A stretch of 64,000 nt of DNA from Lama guanicoe (taxonomy: Eukaryota), in contig MU054187.1 of NCBI GenBank assembly GCA_013239625.1, positions 8,156,358 to 8,220,357 of the forward strand, given 5' to 3'. The position numbers and the translations under genes were made by a program. The first letter of the stretch is position 1; every line of letters begins with the position of its first letter. Under the pieces are notes generated by a model that was not told the DNA's origin, made no database searches, and saw only the letters and a program-made list of their open reading frames with translations. Below are positions 52,701 through 62,453 of the stretch, one piece after another.

Positions 52701-55335
52701 CGGCTCTCAGGGACTCAGAGAAGTGTCTGTTTATATGTGTTTACATACGTATTCATAAATAACATACTTTTCCTGAGAGTCTGAAGGGGAAAATAAAGGA
52801 CAAAAGACAATTAAATGTTTATAGAGAGGAGGGAAGTTTGCTCTTTACTCTTTCACCCCCTCGAGGAAACCCCAGGAGAGGTTAAATATTACTCTGCCAG
52901 GTCAGTCTTTTGTTTTATAAACCGCAGGTGAAACATTATTTTGGACAGAAGGAATTATTAAGCAGCCTTAACCACTAAAGCATATGCCTCTTTGGCTTCA
53001 CAAGAAAAAAAATTGTAGGGAGTTGAAGAAGGGACTTAGTTTAATACTCTTAGTATTTACGTATATGCATATTGTGTGATTTATCTATATCCATAGATAC
53101 AGAATTGAGAAGGTTGTTGTTTGGCTTTTTTCCCCCCTTAATTTGTCATCTCTGGGGAAATTTTTTCACTTGTTAAACCATATGTAAAAACGGACGAGGA
53201 TTTCTGTTCCATTTTTGACAGGAAAAACAAAAAAAAATTGCAGGTTAAAAAACAGAATTTCCCACTTGGTACAATTCTTTGGACTCCTAAATGTGGTGGT
53301 GATTTTATCAGCTCAAAAATAATGAAATGCAAACTTTCCCTATCTGCTTCCTGTACTCTAAATGTGGTGGCAAATATCGAAAAATGAAAACAACTGGAAT
53401 GGAAGAGAGAGCTTAAAGCCTATAGACACCCCCCACCCCCACCTTGGCATTATCTTAAAATGTTAGGGTATCAAATGGGTGCAGAAGCAGTGTGATTTAC
53501 ATTTTTCAAACCGTACCACTAGTACGTCCCTTCATGTGGATCAAGACCATGGACAGCGAACTAATATTAAATCACTGAGCAAAGAAGATTCTTGTAAAAT
53601 TTTGTGGGAGCAGAATGGACGTTTATATTCAAAGCATGTTGGGAGGCAAAGAAAATCTTTCTGATTTTTAGAAGGAATTGGACTCCTTTAAATTATGGCA
53701 TTTCAAAGTTATTCTACCAAGTGTCAAAGAAACAGTGACTTATATACCCTGCTCAAATAGTGTATGTTCTTTATCCAATTAAGATAAGATGAGGTCTATC
53801 TTTTGTTACTGGTAAATAACAAGTTTCAATTCATCCATTTAAGATGTGGGCTGTTTCTTATAAGGCCTTGAAGCAGAGTGAGGTTAGAGAAATTTTAGGA
53901 CGGCATTAGCTGAATGACACTGAAGCAAATTAAATTGATTTTTATCAGTGACTGAATTTCTAAATGCATAGAATTGGAAAAATTAAATGCCACTTTGATA
54001 GACAGGAATAATATGAATGGAGATATAATCCAGCTACTCCTTCTGCTCCTGTTTAGGCATTGTAGTCTGTAACCAACAGTGCCATGTTGTGGGCAAACAT
54101 TTTTTGCTAAGAAAGTCGCAGGTTTTTTCATATATACTCATTTGATTTGGGGCATAGGGTTGGTTCTGTGTTGCTCTGTGTCAGAGATCAATTTATTTTC
54201 TTTCATACATTGTTTGAATTGCCTTTATTCCTTTACAGAATTTAACTTCATTTAAAGCCATTTCATTTGTGGATTACATAACACATTCAAAATTGCTCAT
54301 TTAAATTTCCAATTCCACTTCTTTTGGCTTATTTCATAACCTGAATTCAGAGTGACTTGTTGAGGCCTGAGAAATCACATAAAGCAAAAATAATATGCAG
54401 GCGTGAAAAACTAAAATAGGTTAAATTTAAATTTAAAAATGCCATCAAATTAAAGAGAGTTTAGGGTTCATAAATTAATTTTTGATCTTTATTCATTGGG
54501 TTTAGCTATAGAATGAAACTGCAGTTACTTGAATGTACAGATTCTTAAAATTAGGTGCTAGATATATTTTGGACACACGCATACACACATTCCCCCACCA
54601 CCACCACCACCACCACCCTGTTTTTGGACAATGTCTTCAAAGTACTTGCAAAGAAAATGCGATGATCAGGACCATGGTGAGGTCCCCATGGCTGACCAAA
54701 TGGTGGCCCACGGCTGTGCTTGGGATGCAGGGTTCAGTTGGAAGAGAGTCATTGTTTAGAAAGGCACATTCGTCTGGAATGGCATTCATGATAAGATTAA
54801 GCATAAACCTAAACCTTGGCCTGGGAAAGGGATGGTGGTGGGGGCTAGAAGAGGAGATGCAGATGAGCCCCCCTTCTGCTGCTTGCGCACATAACTAAGA
54901 AGCCGCGGCTCAGCTGGAGCGTGGGCTCTGTCCGGCCTAAGGTGCTTATTTTGCTGTTGGCCATCCATGTGTTAGGGAACAAGAGCTCAAGAGCTTAGAA
55001 TTAAGCATCTAGATGAAATGTCCAGAAGATGTCGGCTCTTGTCTCCATTTTAGGGGAGGCAACTGAGAATGATGACTTTGACTTGCCTTGAGCGAGCCCG
55101 AGTATTGATGGTAGGGCTATCAGAAAAGGGCTGGAGAGATTGGGGCGCGACGTCTTAGGGGGGTGTCTTTGGGCCACTGTGTTAGCGCCAGTGGGGTGTA
55201 TAGGCAAGGACAGGGTAGTCGCCCTTTGCTGTACCCAGGCGCAGCTCTTGGGGGCTGAGCGCCTTCTGCGGCTCTTTGGTTTCAAGGACACAGCGAGCTG
55301 CTCAGGACTTTGGGAGCCAACATCTGTCTGACTGG

Positions 55336-55343
55336 TGACGTCA
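55336..55343. promoter_or_regulatory. Full palindromic CRE (CREB/ATF) motif
   Basis: TGACGTCA exact match. Confidence 0.55.
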
Positions 55344-55739
55344 GCAGCCCGTGTAATCCTCTTGTGCTGAAGGCAGATGCCTTATTTGTTTGGCTGGAGC
55401 GAGCCATTAATCCCTAATTCTGGATCAGCAAGCGAGGGGGAAAGACCGGACCGCTCCGATCCACCCCCTCCCCACCCCCACCTCCCACCCCAAAGCACCT
55501 TTTACCACGGAAGCCTCTCAGCCTCCTCTTTCCTCCTCGAACGTGCTGAGCTGCGACTGAAAACGCTTTGGTCCTCTGCAGGTTTGAGCAGTGCTAGCAG
55601 GTCTGTCTCCTTTGGATTTCTAGGGCTATGTGTGTATGCAATTCTTTCTCTCATCGATCGTTTCGATTTTCTTACTGGGACTCGCTGGTCTTGCAGTTTG
55701 CAGGGTACTAAGCCAAGAAGGGGTGGGGATTGGAGAGTG

Positions 55740-56660
55740 CGGATCCAGTGCGGTCTGAGGAAAGGCGTGAAGCTGGGGAGAGGGAGCACGGGATGCGGGG
55801 ACAGCTGGGCTGCACTGGAGGAGCATCTGCGGACGCGCTTTGACGGTTCCAGCTCCTGAAATCCCTTCTCTGGCCCCGGCGGTGGGGCAGCGTCTGGCCC
55901 CCACCCCGCGGCTTCCGCAGCCGGGACCTGAGCGCACCACCACCGCGCCGCCCGCCCCCCCCACCCCAGGCTGCGCGCCACGGGCTCCACGCGCTGCGGG
56001 CTTCTCCGCGCCGGGCTGAAGCCTGAGAACAGAGGTCGTGGCTGGCAGGCTGGGGTCCCGTCCTCCCGTCACCTTATCTCCCTCACCTGCTCCCTCCTGC
56101 CTCCTGTCCCTTCTCCTCAGCCTCCTCCCTCCCCCCTCCTGTCTCCCTCTCTAATTCTGTGCTGTGATTCTGTTTTTTAGGGACGCGTTCTGGGGTCGCT
56201 GCGCTAGACCCGCTCTCAACGGTCTCTGCAGCCACAGCCGGGCTCTACGCCATTCCGGGGCCGCGGTGGCGGAGAATCTTCCCTTCCTCGGACACCGGAG
56301 CCGGAGCGGGCCTTTCCCTCCCGCGGACCGCGCCGTAGGGGACGCCGAGAAAAGAGCCGCTGCGCCTGCCGCCTCCAGCCCGCTGCGCACAGGGCTCCGC
56401 CCGTAGAGGTCAACTCCCCTCACCCTTTCCTCTCTCCTGCTCACTCTCCCTCCGCCCGGCCCAGGCTCCGCCAGCCTCCTGACTCTGGCCGCAGTCTGAG
56501 GAGTGCGCGTCCGCTATGCTGCTCTGAACCGTAACCCTCAGCCGGGCCCAGACGCAAGGTCCGAGCTCCCCGGCGACGGGGAAGCCTTAGAGAGCAGCCT
56601 TTTCAATGCAGCAAAGCTGTAGCAAGACCAGATGGGCCGCCCAGCTCTCTCGGGACTAGG
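55740..56660. promoter_or_regulatory. CpG island just upstream of miR-124-2
   Basis: High GC/CpG density; miR-124 loci are known to be CpG-island associated. Confidence 0.75.
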
Positions 56661-57318
56661 CAGGTGCTGTTGAGTTAATTTTTCCGCATTACAAAGAAAG
56701 ATGACCCAGCCCGCCCTTGGATTCTCATCTCTTCCCCAAATCTCCCATCCAAAACCGCGGTAACGTTATGAGAGGACACAGAGACTAGGCGTATCTTGCG
56801 TGTTTATCTTACATACACACACGTATGATTATTTCCTTTTTGTATGTGCTAGATCTCATCCCCGGCAGCAGGAAATGACTGGCAAAGCTTTCTGCAGCAG
56901 AACATGCAATGGCGCGGTCCTTAAAACCTTCCATTCCTTACACGTTACTTAGAAGAGGTGCAGGGCGAACCAACTTGGTTAATTGCTTTCAGTAAAATAA
57001 CATGATTACAAAGTTGGTTCTGCACCAGAGGGATAATTAACTTCGATCCACGCAGTCATCTGAAAACTAGATTTATAGGCGTATGTATGTTCTTAGGTGT
57101 GCTGTAAATGGCATGCAGATATATGCATATGTATACGCAGACACATGCATCGTCTACACTTCCACCGAACAGACTAATTAGCAGCGGCTCTGGCAGCTGT
57201 GGCAGGAGGCGAGCGTATGCGTTACGACTCTGGGGGAGTCTTAGGGACTTGAGCTTGGGGCAGGGGGAAAGGGCAGGAGGAGAAGTGTGGTGTTCGCAGT
57301 GGGTCAGTTACTTGCCGG

Positions 57319-57425
57319 ATCAAGATCAGACTCTGCCCTCCGTGTTCACAGCGGACCTTGATTTAATGTCATACAATTAAGGCACGCGGTGAATGCCAAG
57401 AGCGGAGCCTACGGCTGCACTTGAA
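57319..57425 (+). ncRNA. MIR124-2: microRNA precursor mir-124-2 (5p 57341-57362; mature miR-124-3p 57378-57399)
   Basis: CGTGTTCACAGCGGACCTTGAT, loop TTAATGTCATACAAT, then TAAGGCACGCGGTGAATGCCAA. Flanks ATCAAGA... and GAGCGGAGCCTACGGCTGCACTTGAA are those of the -2 paralogue; CNNC (CTGC) at 57415-57418. Confidence 0.98.
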
Positions 57426-58227
57426 GGACACTAGAGCGCCTTAGAACCAGAAAGTGAAACAGGCACCTGCAAGGGGGCTGAGGTGTGGAAGAACGAACCC
57501 ATCCTTTGCCACATAAAGGCCCTCAAACTGATTCCAGAACCAGCCCAATGTTCCGAAAGCAAAATGGTCATAGTTTTCACTATGAGTCTCGGAAATCTGC
57601 AGGCAAGTCCCCCAGGGGGATTTTAGGGGAGCTTCAGTGACAGCTGTCAGGAGAGCAGTAGCTTCCTTTTATGCATGTGTTCCGGAGAGTTGAGGCGCTT
57701 AGAAAGCAGTGGTTCTTTAAGAGCAGGTAGTGTGATTGCGATCCTGGGCCAAGATTGGAGACAAAACGGAAGAGAGAGAGGATAACGACATTAAATGGCA
57801 CCCTCACCACACTGCGCAAGAAGCCTCAAGTAGCTCAGCTCCTTCGGGAAGCTCTGAACACTGCCTCCCCCCCAACTTCTCCCTTTCCCTTCGCAGTCTC
57901 CAGTCGCCCTTGCCTGGCTTAAAAAAGCCCAGGTGATTTCCTTCTTTCCTTGTAGTCAAATGGTCAAATCAGTCAAAGGAATAGGACAAGGCGGAAAAGC
58001 CAGGCCAGAAACTTTAGAAGGACTGGATAAATCAATTGATTTGGAAGCCAATGAGCTGGACTTTGTTAAGGTAATAGTTTCGCACCACGGCCTTGGTGCC
58101 AAAGCCAAATTCAGGCTGAGAAAGCGAGCCTTGATAGATGTCTTTGTTCGCCTTGGCCTGCAGGGGCTGGGAACAAAGGAGGGGCGCTAAGACAGGATTC
58201 AGTAAGGTGGCCGCTCCCTCGGCTCCT

Positions 58228-58248
58228 GGCGCTGTCCGCGGTGCTGAC
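58228..58248 (-). promoter_or_regulatory. RE1/NRSE REST-binding site
   Basis: Reverse complement GTCAGCACCGCGGACAGCGCC vs consensus TTCAGCACCACGGACAGCGCC (19/21); REST repression of miR-124 loci is established. Confidence 0.88.
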
Positions 58249-60390
58249 CATGGCTCTCTTCTCTTTACGTAATTTAACGAAAAAGCAATAGGACTGTCCT
58301 GCCCCCACCCAGAAGAATAACAAAATATTAGGAAGTTTGAGAAAGAAAAATTAAAATCAGCAAAATGTAGATAGCGAAACCTAATATTTTACCAAAATAG
58401 ACCACTAGCGGCTGCCACACTTGGCTTGTACTTTGTCTTCCCGTAGACACACATACAGTTAATCTGAGTATATTGGGGAAACAGTTTCACTTTACTTAGG
58501 CTCAAACATGAATGTAGGACCTTCAAGAAGGAGAATGAAGCCTCTCTTTTTTCTTTCCTTTCTTAAGTAATTTTCTTTAAAACATAAAAAACGTAGGTCC
58601 TCAGCCACACACCTTAACAGTGCTGGAGTAGTCACCAAAGGAACCCACGAAGGACTCAAGTGTGGGCCTCGAGACTGAGCAGAAAGGCATGGGATGGGGA
58701 CTGAATAGATGAGACCAAGCAGGAGCCCACCCAGAGTGCCGCCTTGGACCAGGCTCCAAGCAGGACAGCTTTCCTAGGCGGGTCCAGAGCGCAGAGCCCT
58801 GCAGACCGCTTTGGTGCACTGAGCATGCTCCGCGCTTTCCGGCCGGCGGGAGGCACTGCAGGGCCAGGAGGCCTGAAATCCGCACTGCGGAAAAAACCAC
58901 CCACCACAGCAGCATCTTCTTCATAGATCAGACAGATGGAAAAAGGCAAGGTGGTTTACTGAATCATAGGCAATGAAGATTCGCTTTAGGAGTCAAGGGT
59001 TATACTGGACAGTGTTCATATATCCAATGAATCTTAAATCTCTCAGCATATCTCATAATCCTAACCTACATATTGACAGCATTGAATATAAATAATAAAA
59101 ATTTAAATGCTCTAACTAAATAATGAACCAAAGAGGCAAGAGAGAGAGAAGGAAATGGAAAATCAACCAATTTGTAGCCAGCCTGGTCTCGCTCTCAAAA
59201 AGAAAAAAAAAGTGCTGCGCATTTGTTTGCGTTCGCTTATAAACTCACACCCGTAAACGATGTAAACAATCCAAATCAGGCAATGGAGGCAGCGACACCA
59301 ATTTCGATTCAGATACAGAAATAGGCCATAAATGGGCCATGATTTCATCGGATTCGTTCTTTTATACCTGAATGATCGAGATATATGAAATGATTCGGGA
59401 AACAGTGGCAAAGCGCAAAACCCTTGGCAGGAGATACCCTGCCCCCTCCCTCAGGGTGGATTTTATTTGTCCTCTGATTTTAGAACTCTTGAGAGTTTGG
59501 TCTTTCATATCCATTTGGTGACTTAGGTTTATATTTTATTTTATATAATTTGGGAGGGAGTAGGTGAAACACACTGGGAGAAAAGCAGGCTACTCAGATG
59601 GTAAAAGGAAAGGAATGGTAAATATTTCTTTTGTGCCAATTAAGACCAGTCAACTGACATTGAAGTGGGTTTAAAGCATCACACGTTATTGTGGAAGCCT
59701 TGATTTCTTTCCAGTATTCGTGCAACTGAGCTGATCTCCTGTGTCCACATTCCCTCGGATATTTCAGGAAGCAACAAGGGCCCAAGTCTGCAAAATATTT
59801 CTGCCTGGGTTGTTATAATTCATGTTACATAATAAGGACACACCTAATCTCCCTCACCCTAATCCTTCCTTTTAAGGGCAGTCTAAACTCGTCCTCCAGA
59901 AAGCTTAATCAGTTTAAAAATTCCCTTTCTATAGAAATGAAGTACATGATATGAATGAGAGAAGGTAAAATACCACTTAGATAACACATAATTTAGTTAC
60001 ATGGTTGCTGTGATTAAGTCTAGAATTGGTTTGATCCGTAATAGTTCTAGATTTTAAAGACTATTTATTTTCTACGTCTCTTAAAAAATAATCACCCGCC
60101 TTAATGTCCATTGCCAATTCCCCTGCTATGAAATTCTATGCTCAGTATTTTTGCAATAAAACAATCCTGGCTTCCTAATGGGAGAATTTCGGCGGGTCGT
60201 GCCGTGCGGGCCCTTTGACAATCACAACTTTCATTCAGTAGTCTCAAATTAAAGCTTCTCGGAATAACTTAGGAACAGCTTGACCCTCTGAGACACTCAA
60301 CGACAACCCTCCAGGGAAATAGTATGTTTCCTTCCTGGGGGCAAGATGCTAGCGCAGTGCACCAGAAGGTATCCGGTGTCAACAGTGCCA

Positions 60391-60409
60391 GAGCGCCCTC
60401 TGCTGCCCG
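60391..60409 (-). promoter_or_regulatory. CTCF motif
   Basis: Reverse complement CGGGCAGCAGAGGGCGCTC fits the core CCASYAGRKGGCRS with one mismatch. Confidence 0.6.
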
Positions 60410-61375
60410 AAAGAGGCAAAACATCAGTTACAAAAGCCAGATGGCACTGAATCGCAATAAGCAGTGAAAATATTAAGCTCTCAGAAACATTTAATCTGTG
60501 AAATTTAAAAGCTCTAATCATATTGTACTTTTGAAGAGGCCACCTGATTTTGATTTTGAACACTCTTTGGGTAATTTCCTTCATTCTGGAGGATAGTGAA
60601 AAGTCAACGTTTTGAAGTTTTCAGTCAAGTTATTTCTGTACTTTTCTGCATCTTTTCTTTTGCAAATTTTATATGGAAATATAAAACTGCAAATAGAATT
60701 TTAAACCTTTGTGGTGAATATATAATTCAAGAGGACTTTTCCTACCTTATCCAATAACTAATATCTAATAAAGGAAAAAATAATTAAAATAAAGATATCA
60801 AGCACAAGTGGTTTATTAGGTTTTTTTTAAAAAGATAAACTTTAAAAAATTAAGGACTAAGGTAAATAATCATTTTTCTTCCTTTGGCAATTAGCCCAGA
60901 TTTTTCTCAGGCTTTTACTTTCAGAATAAGAGAGTAAGCTATGTTTGAAGAAGCTGAAACTTTTGTTTGGCACTAACGTGTAACAATCTTTCTATCACTG
61001 AAATCTTTGTAATGAATTTATATGCATACTAAGCCTGCAAAGACTTATTCAGAATAGAACCCACTCTGAGCAGAAGTGATCAGATATGGTCCCAGCAAGG
61101 GCAACTCCTCAGTGTTGTTTGCATTAAAAATGAGTTTTCCAGTATGAAAAAAAAAATCTCCTTTCAAATTAAATGGAAGAGATTTTTTTTAAAAAAAAAG
61201 GTTAAAAATCCTTTTAAGTTTTTACGTATTACAGGGTGTATATTGACTAAAATCAGTGTACAGCTGCATTAATTCCATGTTATGAATTTCGAAGTTGCAG
61301 CCTATTTCTAAACACACACACACACGCACACACTTTTGCCATGAAGACTTTTGTTGAATATATCAGTGCTAATGT

Positions 61376-61450
61376 AATAAATGCGTCTATGTATTATGTG
61401 GTTATTAAACAAATATTGTAAAAATAAAGTTCTGTTTATTTTGTGGTGTC
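61376..61450 (+). terminator. Candidate cleavage/polyadenylation signal cluster
   Basis: AATAAA 61376-61381, ATTAAA 61404-61409, AATAAA 61423-61428, several TGTA elements and GT/T-rich sequence downstream. Confidence 0.5.
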
Positions 61451-62331
61451 AGAATGAAATAGCTATTTAATATCACTTACTTAATCCTAATTTTTAAATG
61501 AAAATTCTTACAAAAATATTAAACTATAAGGTTGCTGAGACTGTTAAGCTAAAATTTTTAAATTACATGATTACATAATTTACTATAATAGAAAAAAGCC
61601 TTGATTAAATATTAAACCAAGTTAAATATTTGGCCAAATATGTAAACTTCCATTTAATTATAGGTACATTTGTCTTCTGAAAGCTACTTCTGCAAAGAAT
61701 GCATTTACAACCTTATGGCACAATAATTAAAGTATAAAAATTGTTCGAATTTTTATATTTTTACTCTAAGCATCCTTTTAAAAATTAATATTTTTCTTCT
61801 GCTTAATTTATATTTCTTTCTAAGTAAATTCATATTTTACCCATAAGAATAAACACAGCACCATAATGTTGTTATATTCCTAATAACTTTCATAATAAAT
61901 TTAAAAACAACTTCTAGAAGTAAATAAAATGCATAATACATATCAAAACATTTTTTTCTCTTTTAAAAATGATTTGCTCTATTCTTTAAAAGAAAAATGG
62001 AAGAGAACCAACTAAAAGAGCTTCTCCAATTTCCAAGAGATGCCGCCCAAGAGGAAGTGCTTGAATCAATATTTGTCATTCAAATTCGGATGTAATTTGG
62101 TTTTTAACTTCTCTTCATCGTATATTTGTACAAGGGTAACATTCTGTAACTGAAACACTCGTCCGAACTTCCTCTGGCTATTTAGAAACCATGGAAACAT
62201 TCACTTCTATAGGACAAGCTAATACAATAAAAGCAACTAATTACTGATACTTTTAAGAATTAAACACAAAAATAATTGTACCCTCATTTACGCCCACTCC
62301 TTAATACTTGTTGACCGCAAAAATAAAAGCC

Positions 62332-62453
62332 TATAATGAAAAAGAATATGAAAACAAATACATATGTATATGTATGACTGAAACATTACACTGTATACCA
62401 GAAATTGACACAACACTGTAAACTGACTGTACTTCAATTAAAAAAAGAAAAAC
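62332..62453 (+). mobile_element. Short young L1 3' end with probable target-site duplication
   Basis: TATAATGAAAAAGAATATGAAAA..TGTATGACTGAAACATTACACTGTATACCAGAAATTGACACAACACTGTAAACTGACTGTACTTCAATTAAAAAAA, flanked by AAATAAAAGCC (62321-62331) and AAACAAAAGCC (62454-62464). Confidence 0.85.

Larger units (their letters stand above)
51260..61450 (+). ncRNA. MIR124-2HG: Probable miR-124-2 host lncRNA / pri-miRNA (boundaries inferred)
   Basis: Donor GCT|GTAAGT at 51699/51700, strong acceptor ...TGTTTTTTAG| at 56180, embedded miR-124-2 hairpin and poly(A) cluster at 61376-61428. Span agrees with my recollection of the ~10 kb human host gene; TSS and exons not verifiable here. Confidence 0.55.

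Noticed and set aside
54665..54685. RE1-like ATCAGGACCATGGTGAGGTCC
   Set aside because: The critical GGACAG core is broken
55378..55384. miR-124 7mer-A1 seed match TGCCTTA in the host region
   Set aside because: A single 7-mer is expected by chance in this much sequence and is probably not in a mature exon
55377..56444. ORFs of 65-162 aa upstream of miR-124-2
   Set aside because: GC-rich island artefacts with no homology recognised
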